DNA of 64,000 nucleotides, from sequence record SRR31156797_661; one strand, written 5' to 3'. This document shows, piece by piece, positions 27,017 to 37,473 of the stretch (positions within the stretch are counted from its first letter, which is position 1; each line of letters starts with the position of its first letter). A program made the position numbers and the translations under genes. The notes under the pieces are model-generated. The model saw nothing but the letters and a program-made list of their open reading frames with translations, was not told where the DNA came from and searched no databases.

Positions 27017-28117
27017 TTATTTTATATACATTGAATCGCCATAGGAGAAGAATCTGAATTCGTTTTTAACAGCTTCAGAATATGCATTTAATACATTTTT
27101 CCTACCGGCAAGAGCGGAAATCATAATGACAAGGGATGATTCTGGCAAATGGAAATTGGTAATCATGCGGTCTACCACCTTGAATTCAAATCCGGGGTAA
27201 ATAAAAATATTGGTTTCTCCCTTGAATTCACATATTTCCCCGGCCTGCTGGAATGATCCTTCAAGGGTCCGGGCGGAGGTGGTGCCCACAGCGATCACCG
27301 GACGTCCTTCCTGCTTGGCCTTGATCACTGCGGCTGCTGTTTCCTCCGGTATTTCAATATATTCACTGTGCATTTCGTGATCACGGATATCTTCGGCGCG
27401 TACCGGACTGAATGTTCCGTATCCTACATATAATGTGACCTCGGCCCGTTCAATGTTTTTGGCCTTGAGCCTCTCATTGATTTCCTCCGAGAAATGGAGA
27501 CCGGCAGTGGGAGCAGCCACTGAACCGGCTTTTTCGTCGCAGGCGTAAAGGGTCTGGTAGCGGTCATTATCGGTTTCATCTGCTGCACGGCGGATGTAGG
27601 GGGGCAGGGGGATTTTGCCGCATTCTTCGAAAATTGTTTTCAGATCTCCGGTCCATTCGAGTTCAACATCTGATAGACCGAACCTGCCTTTGCCCAATAC
27701 GGTCAGCTTCAGGCCTCCCTCAAAACTGATTATGTCACCGGGTTTGGGACCTTTTGATGCCCGGAGCAGACCGCGGGCCTGGGCCTTGAATCCACCGGAA
27801 AACTCCTGCGCTTCAATAAGCGGCAGGGGAGTCAGCAACAGGAATTCCACCCGTCCTCCGGTAGATTTTTTGCCAAAGATGCGTGCCGGGACAACTTTTG
27901 AGTTATTGGCTACCAGCAGGGCGCCTTCGGGGAGCAGGTCTACAATGTCGGTGAAGTTTTTGATTTCGGTTTTACCGCTCTCTTGATCAAGGACCATGAG
28001 CTTAGAGCCGTGGCGCATCACTGCAGGACATTGTGCGATATGTTCTTCAGGTAATTCAAAGTCGTAGCTTTTAAGGAAAAAGTCTTCTGTATTTATGTTC
28101 ATTTTTTCAGTTTTCAT
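27017..28117 (-). CDS. queA: S-adenosylmethionine:tRNA ribosyltransferase-isomerase
   Basis: PLPPYI, YQT, AAPTAGLHF, TNFHLP, FFSYGD; start at 28117 or 28102. Confidence 0.96.
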   Translation of the reverse strand: MKTEKMNINTEDFFLKSYDFELPEEHIAQCPAVMRHGSKLMVLDQESGKTEIKNFTDIVDLLPEGALLVANNSKVVPARIFGKKSTGGRVEFLLLTPLPLIEAQEFSGGFKAQARGLLRASKGPKPGDIISFEGGLKLTVLGKGRFGLSDVELEWTGDLKTIFEECGKIPLPPYIRRAADETDNDRYQTLYACDEKAGSVAAPTAGLHFSEEINERLKAKNIERAEVTLYVGYGTFSPVRAEDIRDHEMHSEYIEIPEETAAAVIKAKQEGRPVIAVGTTSARTLEGSFQQAGEICEFKGETNIFIYPGFEFKVVDRMITNFHLPESSLVIMISALAGRKNVLNAYSEAVKNEFRFFSYGDSMYIK

Positions 28118-28249
28118 TATTGATGATAATCTGGTAAGAATCTTTACAACAAACACCTTCAAGGTTTATGAATACTGTGTTTGTCTTTGATTGCCCAGTC
28201 AAACAAGTCTGTTTGATTGTCACGTTGATCACCAAATCCGGATTAGATT

Positions 28250-28927
28250 ATGAAATGGTTGTCAGTAGCTGAAATATCCAAGATTACGATGATCCCCGCT
28301 CCTACAGCAAGACGTTATGCCTCGCTGTTCAAGGATTTTCTTTCCAGTAAAAAAATGGGCCGGGTAACCAAGTACCCGGAATCCGCTGTGGAAATCTTCA
28401 AGCGCATCGTCACATTATATAATGATGGGATGGTTACCACGGAAATTGAGCAGCAGCTTCGTTCCGAATTTCCCCGCACTATTGAGATCAGTCCTTCCGA
28501 GCGTGGCGTGCCTGCCCAGCCGGCCATGAATATTCAGGCTGAGCTGAGTGGTGCATTTGCCGAGATGATGGACAAGATGAGCAAGTCACTTGAAGTGATT
28601 GCCGATCAGAAGTCAATCATTGAAGAGCAGCGTGAAGATATTTACAAGCTCAAAAAAGCTTTTGTTCTTCTTGCCCGCAGCCAGAAAAAAATCAAGGCTT
28701 TGCCGCAGCTTGATCTTAAATCCATAACTGATGAATATGACGAGCGTACTAATGCCTTGCAGCAGAAGGACGTTGAGCTGGAGTGCGCAACATCTGAATT
28801 AGCTCAGGAAAACACAGCTTTAAAGCATAAGCTTGAAGTTATGGAAGCGGAACTCATCCGTTTACGCAAGGACCGACGGGAAATGGAAAATTATTTTATG
28901 GATAAGATCAAGCGCCTGAACGGTTGA
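28250..28927 (+). CDS. MerR-like winged-HTH protein with a long C-terminal coiled coil
   Basis: LSVAEISKITMIPAPTARRY N-terminus; heptad-rich C-terminal half. Confidence 0.7.
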   Translation: MKWLSVAEISKITMIPAPTARRYASLFKDFLSSKKMGRVTKYPESAVEIFKRIVTLYNDGMVTTEIEQQLRSEFPRTIEISPSERGVPAQPAMNIQAELSGAFAEMMDKMSKSLEVIADQKSIIEEQREDIYKLKKAFVLLARSQKKIKALPQLDLKSITDEYDERTNALQQKDVELECATSELAQENTALKHKLEVMEAELIRLRKDRREMENYFMDKIKRLNG

Positions 28928-29095
28928 TTTTCCTGCTTGCGGAATTGATTTTTTGTTCTCATGGCTGTAGAAAAAGTCTAGACGATGCAGTGGAGATTTC
29001 GAATCGATGCTGCACAATTTTAGTTATGCTAATTATGTCCAGCACAGCTGGCCTGAATTTCAATATGCGTCGGCATTAAAATCGGAGGATTAAAT

Positions 29096-29587
29096 ATGCG
29101 TACTTTCATTAAAATGCTTCTCGTTTCCATGATCTTTGTGGGGCTGACCGGTTGTCTGGCCGGAACTAACAAAACTTCTGAAGAACCCGTTGTTGCCGCG
29201 TCTGGAGCGACTGAAAGTTACGAGGAATTCGTTCCTTACACTGAATTTGACGACATTGCAGTGCCCAACGAATTGAGCAGGGTTCCTGACCAGTCCTATG
29301 TTGCAGACGGAAAAGATTTCAAGTACGGGAAAATCGTGCTCAAGGGGCGTGTCGAAAACCAGTCTCTCATCGATTTTTTCAAGAACCAGATGGTAAAGGA
29401 TAACTGGACTCTGGTAAGTGCTTTTACTTCTACTGTATCCGCACTCACTTTTGAGAAGCCTTACAAAAGCTGCACCATCAGGATTTTTGATGGATCTTAC
29501 AATACCGAAGTTGAAATCTACGCCGTTGAAATGAAGTCTGATTCCATGTCTTCTTCCGACGGTATGCAGGAACAGAATATACAATAA
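29096..29587 (+). CDS. Hypothetical lipoprotein
   Basis: Lipobox LTGC; GGAGG RBS. Confidence 0.8.
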   Translation: MRTFIKMLLVSMIFVGLTGCLAGTNKTSEEPVVAASGATESYEEFVPYTEFDDIAVPNELSRVPDQSYVADGKDFKYGKIVLKGRVENQSLIDFFKNQMVKDNWTLVSAFTSTVSALTFEKPYKSCTIRIFDGSYNTEVEIYAVEMKSDSMSSSDGMQEQNIQ

Positions 29588-30798
29588 TGAATGAACATCT
29601 TAATTTTGACTGCTTTTTAGGGAAACGCATCCACCTCGGAGTCAGCGGTTCCATCGCAGCCTATAAGTCTTTAGATTTGCTGCGCATGTTTCGTAAGGCC
29701 GGGATAGAAGTAAGCGTTACGCTTACTTCCGGTGCGCAGGAATTTATCAGGGGCCTCAGTTATGAGGCCCTTGGTGCGTTCAAGGTCTGGGAAAAAATGT
29801 ATCCTACCATGGATGACACCTTCGGCCACCTTGAACCCGGACAGGCAGCTGATGCCATGCTGGTTGTTCCGGCAACAGCTTCTGTTCTGGCGCGTATGAC
29901 CCACGGCCTTGCTGATGACATGCTTTCCTGTCAGGCTTTGGCCTTTAGCGGACCTAAGCTGGTGGCCCCGGCCATGAACCCGGCCATGTGGGACGCTCCG
30001 GCGACTCAGGATAATTGCCGTGTACTTGCTGAAAGAGGGGTTGAATTCATTGGCCCTGATTGCGGGGATGTTGCTTGCGGTGATCATGGCCGCGGTCGTC
30101 TTGCGCCGCTTGAATCCATTTATGCCCACGGCTTACGTGCAGTTGCTCCTGATGATATGAGAGGTAAGCATGTGCTGATCACTCTTGGGCCAACCCGTGA
30201 GAAGTGGGATGCGGTTCGTTTTTGGTCCAATCCTTCTTCCGGATTGATGGGCGCTTGCATTGCCATGGCCGCTTGGCTTCGCGGTGCGAAGGTGACTGTT
30301 GTTTCCGGTCCGGTGAACTGGTGGTTTCCTGAAGATATTAATGTGATCAAAGTTGATTCCGCCCAGCAGATGTTTGACGCTGTGACTGAGGTCTGGCCCA
30401 GTTGCACAACCGGATGCTTTACTGCTGCGGTTGCCGATTTCAAGCCCATCCCCCACGGTGAGGGTAAGTTCAAGAAAGAGGGTAGCAATGCATTGCGGGT
30501 GGATTTTGATACCAACCCGGACATCCTCAAGACTATCGGGACCATGAAAAAGGATGAGCAGCAGTTGATCGGCTTTGCGGCTGAGACTTCGAATATTAAA
30601 GAAGCTGCAAAGGGTAAACTTGAGCGCAAGAATCTGGATCTGATTGTCGCCAACCCCATCAACAAACCCGGAGCGGGATTTGAGTCGTCCACCAATTCGG
30701 TCTATGTTCTGGACAGGGCAGGGCGGTCGGAGGAATGGCCTGATCTACCTAAAACCGAAGTAGCGTGGCGTATATGGGATCACCTTCTGCAGAATTAA
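29587..30798 (+). CDS. coaBC: Bifunctional phosphopantothenoylcysteine decarboxylase / phosphopantothenate-cysteine ligase
   Basis: GSIAAYK, PAMN, ACGD.G.GR, GPTRE, AAVADF, GFAAET. Confidence 0.96.
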   Translation: MNEHLNFDCFLGKRIHLGVSGSIAAYKSLDLLRMFRKAGIEVSVTLTSGAQEFIRGLSYEALGAFKVWEKMYPTMDDTFGHLEPGQAADAMLVVPATASVLARMTHGLADDMLSCQALAFSGPKLVAPAMNPAMWDAPATQDNCRVLAERGVEFIGPDCGDVACGDHGRGRLAPLESIYAHGLRAVAPDDMRGKHVLITLGPTREKWDAVRFWSNPSSGLMGACIAMAAWLRGAKVTVVSGPVNWWFPEDINVIKVDSAQQMFDAVTEVWPSCTTGCFTAAVADFKPIPHGEGKFKKEGSNALRVDFDTNPDILKTIGTMKKDEQQLIGFAAETSNIKEAAKGKLERKNLDLIVANPINKPGAGFESSTNSVYVLDRAGRSEEWPDLPKTEVAWRIWDHLLQN

Positions 30799-31616
30799 AT
30801 GTACTTGAAAGTGTCAGGCCGTGGTATCAAAACGGTCTGCAATATGTTTTCAAGGATGCACTGCCCGGTGTCGAGGAACTCGAGAAACCGAAGAGGCAGC
30901 GTCCGGCTGCGCCCGCACAACCTCGCCAGCAATATGGTCAGCAGGCTCCACGCAGGCCTCAGCAGTTTGCAGAACAGCAGGCGCAGCCTATGCCCGCTCA
31001 ACAGCGGGTACAGCGGCAATCTCCTGTTCAGAATCAGCACCGGCAAGGTCAACCTGCACAACCCCAACAGCAGCGGCCTTCTTTTGACCAAACTCCTCCG
31101 GCAAAGCCTTCTCGTATGCCCTCGCAGCGTAAGGCTCCGGTTCAGCCTCAAGTCAATCTTCCTGATCCACAATCTTGGCCTGCTCCATGGTCAAATCTTG
31201 CCTCGCGCATCACACCGCGTTTGCAGATTTTCTGGACTTATGCCCAGATGGGGCAGGATTTATCCGGTCAGGCCGATGCAGCACGTCGTAAACTTTTTCA
31301 GTCATTAATCGGTTATATGGGGTTGCCCAAGGGTGCCATTTCTTTCTGGCCCTGTACTGCTTGGAACGGTAGTGAATTGGAGAACAAGTCTGACATTTTC
31401 TGGAAAGGGGTTGAGTCATACGGCGTGAAATTTGTAGCCTGCTTTGGAGACCAGACCCGGTCCATCATTGCCCCGGATGCACCTTCTTCTTCAGCATCAG
31501 TGCATATTAACGGAGTACAGATGCTCATGCTTCAGGACCCGGACTTCCTCAAGAATCTGCCCCCTGATGAGCAGCAGCTGCTCTGCATATCTCTTTTGCG
31601 CCTGCCGCTATTTTAG
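30765..31616 (+). CDS. Hypothetical protein with a Gln/Pro-rich linker and a globular C-terminal domain
   Basis: Long ORF overlapping the coaBC end and followed by a terminator. Confidence 0.7.
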   Translation: MAYMGSPSAELNVLESVRPWYQNGLQYVFKDALPGVEELEKPKRQRPAAPAQPRQQYGQQAPRRPQQFAEQQAQPMPAQQRVQRQSPVQNQHRQGQPAQPQQQRPSFDQTPPAKPSRMPSQRKAPVQPQVNLPDPQSWPAPWSNLASRITPRLQIFWTYAQMGQDLSGQADAARRKLFQSLIGYMGLPKGAISFWPCTAWNGSELENKSDIFWKGVESYGVKFVACFGDQTRSIIAPDAPSSSASVHINGVQMLMLQDPDFLKNLPPDEQQLLCISLLRLPLF

Positions 31617-31641
31617 AATTTGTTTCTTTTTGAAATTATGT

Positions 31642-31672
31642 ACCCCGTCTTAATAAGGCGGGGTTTTCTTTT
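31642..31672 (+). terminator. Intrinsic terminator
   Basis: accccgtctt-aat-aaggcggggttttctttt. Confidence 0.8.
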
Positions 31673-31740
31673 TCCATAGTTTATTTATTCTCTGTGATTT
31701 GGCATTATGAATTATAAAAGCCTATTTCACGGGAGTCGCT

Positions 31741-33051
31741 ATGCATGGTTTAAAGAAGCGTTTAGTTTTCATTTATTGCTTGATCATCATTACAGTGCTC
31801 TTCATCTGCGTGCCAGTCGAATCTGTGTTTGCCAAAGAAATAAGTGTTCTGTTCCTTGAATTACAAGGGGGAATAAGTCCTGCACAGGTTCATTTGCTTG
31901 AGGATGGACTTGAGCAAGCTGGTGATGACGATCATGATCTTTTGCTGTTGAGATTAGATACTCCGGGAGGTTTGGGTACATCCATGCGTGAACTGGTCAA
32001 AATTATCATGAATAGCGAAATTCCGGTTTGCGTTTGGATTGGACCTGAAGGCGCTCACGCAGCATCAGCAGGAACATTTCTCACCGCGGCAGCTCAAGTT
32101 GCTGCCATGGCCCCCGGAACCACTATTGGTGCCGCCAGTCCTGTTTCCCCTTCCGGAGACGACCTTCCCGAGACTATGAGCAAGAAAGTTACCGGGGACA
32201 TGGTTAGCCTGATTAAGGGTATCGCCCGTAAGAGAGGGCGTAATATTGAGTGGTATGCCCAGTCTGTTCAAGATGGTGTCAGCGTCGGTGCGCAGGATGC
32301 TGTAACCCTGAATGTTGTCGACTTTATGGCTCTCTCTGTTGATGATTTTCTTGAGCAACTCGGTGCTAAGGGTGTTCAAATTGATGGACAGAAAGTTAAA
32401 TTTTCAAAATCAGATGTAACGGTCGATAAATTTGATCCGGGATTTCGCTATGCTGTGCTTTCATGGCTGCTTGATCCGCAGGTTGCATATTTCCTTCTTT
32501 TAGGCGGTATGCTGGGATTGTTTTTTGAGCTTTCCCATCCCGGAGTTATCCTGCCTGGAGTGCTCGGGGCATTCTGCCTTGTTACCGGGCTTTATGCTAT
32601 GTCGATTCTCCCCACCAATGCAGCTGGTTTGCTTTTGCTCATGCTCGGTGTTGTGCTTTTTATTCTTGAAGTCTTTATTGTCAGCTATGGACTGCTAAGC
32701 ATTGGAGCGGTGATAAGTCTTTTTGTCGGTTCCTTAGTGCTTTTTAGGGAAGGCACTCCCGGAATCCCCTTGGGAACTATACTTGGTACAGTCCTTACTT
32801 TTGCCGCGTTTGCGGGATTCATTATCTATCTGGTGACCAAGGCTCAGATATCCAGATCAGGCGTAGGCATGGAAAGTATGGTTGGTCTGGAGGGTGAGGT
32901 TCTTGAATCGAAAGATGAGCGGATGAAAGTCCGCGTGCGGGGTGAAATATGGAATGCAGAGACAAATGATGAAACTTTTTTTGATCCCGGAACAGCGATC
33001 AAGGTCGTTCAGACCCGTGGTCTGACCCTGATTATTGTAAGAAAGAGCTGA
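31741..33051 (+). CDS. nfeD: NfeD family membrane-bound serine protease (long form)
   Basis: LDTPGG, AASAG, IGAA ClpP-like motifs; TM block; C-terminal OB fold (GEIWNA). Confidence 0.92.
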   Translation: MHGLKKRLVFIYCLIIITVLFICVPVESVFAKEISVLFLELQGGISPAQVHLLEDGLEQAGDDDHDLLLLRLDTPGGLGTSMRELVKIIMNSEIPVCVWIGPEGAHAASAGTFLTAAAQVAAMAPGTTIGAASPVSPSGDDLPETMSKKVTGDMVSLIKGIARKRGRNIEWYAQSVQDGVSVGAQDAVTLNVVDFMALSVDDFLEQLGAKGVQIDGQKVKFSKSDVTVDKFDPGFRYAVLSWLLDPQVAYFLLLGGMLGLFFELSHPGVILPGVLGAFCLVTGLYAMSILPTNAAGLLLLMLGVVLFILEVFIVSYGLLSIGAVISLFVGSLVLFREGTPGIPLGTILGTVLTFAAFAGFIIYLVTKAQISRSGVGMESMVGLEGEVLESKDERMKVRVRGEIWNAETNDETFFDPGTAIKVVQTRGLTLIIVRKS

Positions 33052-33078
33052 TCAACTTAATGTTTAAGGGAGGTTTGT

Positions 33079-33861
33079 ATGACATTTTTTATCCCCGTTG
33101 TTCTCTTGGTTGTCTTTTTTCTGATCACTGCCTTGAAAGTCTTGAACGAGTATGAGCGAGGTGTGATTTTTAGGTTGGGTAGGGTGATAAATGCTAAAGG
33201 TCCCGGGTTGATAATTCTGATTCCAATCGTAGATCGCATGGTCCGTGTTTCGCTTAGGATTATGACTTTGGATGTGCCTAATCAGGATGTTATCACTCGT
33301 GATAACGTGAGTATCAAGGTGAATGCGGTTGTCTATTTCCGGGTGACTGATCCGATCAAGGCTATTCTTGAGGTAGAGGATTTTATGTTTGCCACTTCTC
33401 AGCTTGCACAAACCACCTTGCGTAGCGTATGTGGAGGCGTTGAACTTGACGAGATACTTTCCCAGCGCGAAAAAGTTAACGGTGAAATTCAGGAAATACT
33501 GGATACCCATACTGATCCTTGGGGCATTAAAGTAAGCACTGTTGAGCTCAAGTATATTGACCTGCCTCAGGAGATGCAAAGGGCTATGGCCAAACAGGCC
33601 GAGGCTGAGCGAGAGCGTCGGGCTAAGGTTATCAACGCTCAGGGAGAGTTTCAGGCTGCAGATAAGTTGTCTGAAGCTGCTGAGATTATTTCAGCTCATC
33701 CTGAAGCGTTGCAATTGAGATATTTGCAGACTTTGAGAGAGATGTCTGCTGAAGGAAAATCTTCCACCATAATTCCTCTTCCTCTTGATTTAGTTAAGAT
33801 GTTGGCGCCGTTCAGCGGCAGGGGAGAGGTAATGGATAAAAAAGACCAAGAGAGCGATTAA
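33079..33861 (+). CDS. SPFH/stomatin-like (slipin) protein
   Basis: [38 protein letters not shown]. Confidence 0.93.
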   Translation: MTFFIPVVLLVVFFLITALKVLNEYERGVIFRLGRVINAKGPGLIILIPIVDRMVRVSLRIMTLDVPNQDVITRDNVSIKVNAVVYFRVTDPIKAILEVEDFMFATSQLAQTTLRSVCGGVELDEILSQREKVNGEIQEILDTHTDPWGIKVSTVELKYIDLPQEMQRAMAKQAEAERERRAKVINAQGEFQAADKLSEAAEIISAHPEALQLRYLQTLREMSAEGKSSTIIPLPLDLVKMLAPFSGRGEVMDKKDQESD

Positions 33862-33863
33862 TA

Positions 33864-34871
33864 ATGAAAGTCCTTGTAACAGGAGCAGCCGGATTTATCG
33901 GCTTTCACCTTTCCAAACGTCTTCTTTCTGAAGGCCACGAAGTTGTTGGCCTTGATATTCTTAATGATTACTACGATGTAAATGTTAAGAAGAACCGCCT
34001 CAAACAGATTGAGGACAACGAAAAATTTACCTTTGCCTACATGGATATGGCTGATCGCGAAGCTATGGAAAAGCTTTTTGCCAAAGAGAAGTTCACCCAC
34101 GTGGTTAACCTCGCGGCTCAGGCAGGTGTTCGTTATTCCTTGATCAATCCGCAGGCCTACATTGATTCCAACGTAGTCGGCTTCATGAACATTCTTGAAG
34201 GCTGTCGTCATAATGGTGTTAAGCATCTTGTGTACGCTTCTTCCAGTTCTGTTTATGGTCTGAATACTAATATGCCTTTCAGTATTCATGACAACGTTGA
34301 CCATCCTATCAGCATGTATGCGGCCACTAAGAAGTCCAATGAGCTTATGGCTCATTCTTATAGCCATCTGTTCAATATCCCCACAACAGGCCTTCGTTTC
34401 TTTACTGTATACGGCCCGTGGGGCAGACCTGATATGGCTCTTTTTCTTTTCACCAAGGCTATCTTTGAAGATAAGCCCATCAATGTGTTCAACCACGGTA
34501 AAATGCTCCGTGATTTCACTTTTATTGATGACATCGTAGAAGGTGTGGTCAGGGTTATGAAGAACACTGCTACTTCAAATGCAGACTGGTCCGGAGATGC
34601 TCCTGATCCGGGAACAAGCCCCGCGCCTTTTCGTATCTACAATATCGGTAACAACCAGCCCACAGAGCTGATGCGTTACATCGAAGTTCTTGAAGATTGC
34701 ATTGGTAAAAAAGCTGAGAAGAATATGATGCCCTTGCAGGCAGGTGATGTTCCCTCCACTTATGCAAACGTGGATGACCTTGTTCGCGACGTTGGTTTCA
34801 AACCCGAAACAACTGTTGAAGAAGGTATCGCTAAATTTGTTGAGTGGTACAGAGGTTACTACAACGTATAA
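33864..34871 (+). CDS. NAD-dependent epimerase (UDP-glucuronate 4-epimerase-like)
   Basis: [31 protein letters not shown]. Confidence 0.92.
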   Translation: MKVLVTGAAGFIGFHLSKRLLSEGHEVVGLDILNDYYDVNVKKNRLKQIEDNEKFTFAYMDMADREAMEKLFAKEKFTHVVNLAAQAGVRYSLINPQAYIDSNVVGFMNILEGCRHNGVKHLVYASSSSVYGLNTNMPFSIHDNVDHPISMYAATKKSNELMAHSYSHLFNIPTTGLRFFTVYGPWGRPDMALFLFTKAIFEDKPINVFNHGKMLRDFTFIDDIVEGVVRVMKNTATSNADWSGDAPDPGTSPAPFRIYNIGNNQPTELMRYIEVLEDCIGKKAEKNMMPLQAGDVPSTYANVDDLVRDVGFKPETTVEEGIAKFVEWYRGYYNV

Positions 34872-34895
34872 CTCTTCGATCGATATGAATTTATC

Positions 34896-34922
34896 AAGGC
34901 CGCTTTTAAGCGGCCTTTTTTT
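34896..34922 (+). terminator. Intrinsic terminator
   Basis: aaggccgctt-tt-aagcggccttttttt. Confidence 0.85.
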
Positions 34923-35105
34923 ATGATGCTCAATTAAGTTGTATTTTTTTTAGTTCACTGAAATATTTTATCAATTCATAAGTTGACGGTAATAATCAGC
35001 TGATATTCTGGTTTTAACGAATCATTTTTAGCTTCGCTTTTCTTGATTTAAAGTTTTTTTCAGACTAGCTTTGGCTCTGTTGTTTTGGTGTCAACTTGGT
35101 TGAAA

Positions 35106-35121
35106 TGTTTCACGTGAAACA
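35106..35121. promoter_or_regulatory. parS site (perfect consensus)
   Basis: TGTTTCACGTGAAACA, ending 37 bp before the parA start. Confidence 0.92.
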
Positions 35122-35158
35122 TGAAAAAATTGAAATCTCATTAACAAGGTGGTTTCAA

Positions 35159-35929
35159 GTGGCAAAGAGAATTGTTGTAGCCAACCAGAAGGGTGGAGTA
35201 GGTAAAACCACTACCTCTATCAATCTTTCCGCTTCCCTTGCTGTGATGGAAAAGAAGGTCTTGCTTGTTGATTGTGACCCTCAGGGGAACGGCTCAAGCG
35301 GACTAGGATTTTATCCCGGTGATTCCAGAGAAAACGTATACTCTGTACTTTTTGAGCCGGAGCGAGCAAAGGACGCAATATATCAAACAGACATCCCTTA
35401 TCTTTCACTCATGCCAGCAAGCCAGGATTTGGTCGGAGCAGAGATTGAATTGATCGATAAGATGGGGCGCGAATACTACCTGAAAGACCTCGTGGAGACA
35501 GTCGATGATGAGTATGATTATATCATTTTTGACTGCCCGCCTTCACTTGGATTACTGACTGTAAACGCACTTTGCGCTGCAAAGGAACTCTTGGTCCCGC
35601 TCCAGACAGAGTATTATGCTCTTGAAGGGGTGGCCCAGCTGTTGATGACTTTTGAGCTGGTAAAGAAAAGATTAAATCCGGATCTATCGGTCTTGGGTGT
35701 TGTTCTGACCATGTACGATAAACGTAATAGGCTTGCCCGTCAGGTGAAAAATGAAGTTCGTAAGGCTTTTCCTGACAGTCTTTTTGAGACCATTGTTCCG
35801 CGAAATGTTCGCCTCTCTGAGGCGCCGAGTTTTGGTAAGCCCGCGATATCTTATGATGCAAAATCAAATGGAGCTATGGCTTATCTGAGTCTGGCACAGG
35901 AAGTGGTTAAGCGTCACAAAGAAGAATAG
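35159..35929 (+). CDS. parA: Chromosome partitioning ATPase ParA/Soj
   Basis: KGGVGKTT deviant Walker A, DCDPQGN, DCPPSLG, PRNVRLSEAPS; GTG start after AAGGTGG. Confidence 0.96.
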   Translation: MAKRIVVANQKGGVGKTTTSINLSASLAVMEKKVLLVDCDPQGNGSSGLGFYPGDSRENVYSVLFEPERAKDAIYQTDIPYLSLMPASQDLVGAEIELIDKMGREYYLKDLVETVDDEYDYIIFDCPPSLGLLTVNALCAAKELLVPLQTEYYALEGVAQLLMTFELVKKRLNPDLSVLGVVLTMYDKRNRLARQVKNEVRKAFPDSLFETIVPRNVRLSEAPSFGKPAISYDAKSNGAMAYLSLAQEVVKRHKEE

Positions 35930-35934
35930 TTCAT

Positions 35935-35962
35935 AAAAAAGGCCGACATCTCTGTCGGCCTT
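35935..35962. terminator. Hairpin between parA and the convergent gene
   Basis: aaaaaaggccgaca-tctc-tgtcggcctt; U-tract on the minus strand. Confidence 0.75.
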
Positions 35963-35987
35963 AGATTGTGCGAATCGGGAGAAGTCG

Positions 35988-36413
35988 CTAATAGCGAGCT
36001 TCATAGTTCGTGTCTTTTTTTTCAACGTAGGGCGTACATTCAACAGTAATTTCATCTTTGAAATGTTTTTTGACGATGCGGGCATTACACTGGGAGCATT
36101 TGAATGAAACAAGACCGCCGAGGTTGCAGGACATAAGTCTGAACTTGCGGGGATCATCTTTTTCCCAGTCTTCAGTCTTGTTACCGCAAAGCTCACAGTG
36201 AACATCGGTATCCACAGGGTAGGGGAAGTCCCAGTACTCTTTCAAAGTCTCCCACTCGCCGATGGGCTCCGGACGTTCCGGCGGTGCTTCCTGAGGGAGC
36301 AGCTCTTTGATCATAGGCTTGACCTTGTTCCAGAGATCCGCAGTGAGCAGGGCACCTATCAGGTTGCCGTTTTTATCGAAAAGTTCTGTAAGATTATCAT
36401 CGTGTTTAGACAT
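35988..36413 (-). CDS. Hypothetical Cys-rich (putative Zn-ribbon) protein between parA and parB
   Basis: GGAGG RBS before ATG 36413; CELC...C...CSQC...C. Confidence 0.8.
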   Translation of the reverse strand: MSKHDDNLTELFDKNGNLIGALLTADLWNKVKPMIKELLPQEAPPERPEPIGEWETLKEYWDFPYPVDTDVHCELCGNKTEDWEKDDPRKFRLMSCNLGGLVSFKCSQCNARIVKKHFKDEITVECTPYVEKKDTNYEARY

Positions 36414-36532
36414 GTAGCCTCCGACGTCATTGTTATAGATGAGTTCGGGATACAATAATCACGGTTTCAATCAAGTCAAAGGAAATATTGTCAGGCCCGT
36501 TTAGCGGAGCCGAAAACATAAGGAGAAAATCC

Positions 36533-37459
36533 ATGGCAGGTGTCACTGGCGGTTTAGGAAGGGGATTGGATGCCCTTCTTGGGGGCGGCAAGGGTGTTGA
36601 TGAAAAATCATCTTCTGAAGTTTTAATAGATGCACGGAAGATTGATATTGATATGATCGTTGCCAATCCGAACCAGCCGCGCAAGGAATTTTCCTCTGAT
36701 GCTCTGAAGGATCTTTCCGAATCCATTCGTGCAAAGGGTGTATTACAGCCCATTCTGGTTCGTCCTGTTGCAGGACGCAAAGATCGTTTCGAGCTGGTTG
36801 CCGGTGAGCGTCGTTTGCGGGCATCCAAGTTGGCAGGACTGGGCGAGATCCCAGCTTTGGTCAAGGAAATGACCGATCTTGAGAGCATGGCCATCGCTCT
36901 GATCGAAAATCTGCAGCGTGAAGATTTGAACCCTATTGAAGAGGCTAAAGGTTATCAGGAGTTGATCTCCAAGTTCGGTCTCAGTCAGGATCAGTTGTCA
37001 GGTCAGGTGGGTAAAAGTCGTTCAGCGCTTTCTAACTCTATGCGACTGCTGACCCTGTCCGAGCCGGTACAGAACGCTATCGGAGACGGTAAAATTTCTG
37101 CAGGTCACGGGCGTGCTCTTATGGCCGTTGGTGATGATGATGCCCGTGATGAACTTTTCAACAGGCTCATGATCAGCGGTATGTCCGTGCGTCAGTGCGA
37201 AGGTGCTGCGACTTATTTTAAGGAGCATGGAGAACTCCCCGAAGGTGAGGTTGTTGCTAAACCTAAATCCGCAAATAGCAAGAAGAAGGAACCGAAAAAG
37301 GTTGATGAGAATCTTGAGCGGATCAAGGGGCGTCTTGAGTCTGCACTTGAAACCAAAGTCAGGTTTAGCGGCTCTCCCAAAAAAGGTAAGATGACTATCA
37401 GTTACGCCAATGAAGAAGAGCTTGAGCGTCTGGTGGCTATCCTTGAACTTCGTTCTTAA
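36533..37459 (+). CDS. parB: Chromosome partitioning CTPase ParB/Spo0J
   Basis: N-terminal LGRGLDAL, QPRK, GERR, ENLQREDL, HTH (VGKSRS), GHGRAL. Confidence 0.96.
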   Translation: MAGVTGGLGRGLDALLGGGKGVDEKSSSEVLIDARKIDIDMIVANPNQPRKEFSSDALKDLSESIRAKGVLQPILVRPVAGRKDRFELVAGERRLRASKLAGLGEIPALVKEMTDLESMAIALIENLQREDLNPIEEAKGYQELISKFGLSQDQLSGQVGKSRSALSNSMRLLTLSEPVQNAIGDGKISAGHGRALMAVGDDDARDELFNRLMISGMSVRQCEGAATYFKEHGELPEGEVVAKPKSANSKKKEPKKVDENLERIKGRLESALETKVRFSGSPKKGKMTISYANEEELERLVAILELRS

Positions 37460-37473
37460 AGGAAAAGAAAGGA

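Noticed and set aside
35096-35158. N-terminal extension of ParA (MVEMFHVKH...)
   Set aside because: This is the parS palindrome read in frame; the homologous ParA start is GTG 35159, which has an SD.
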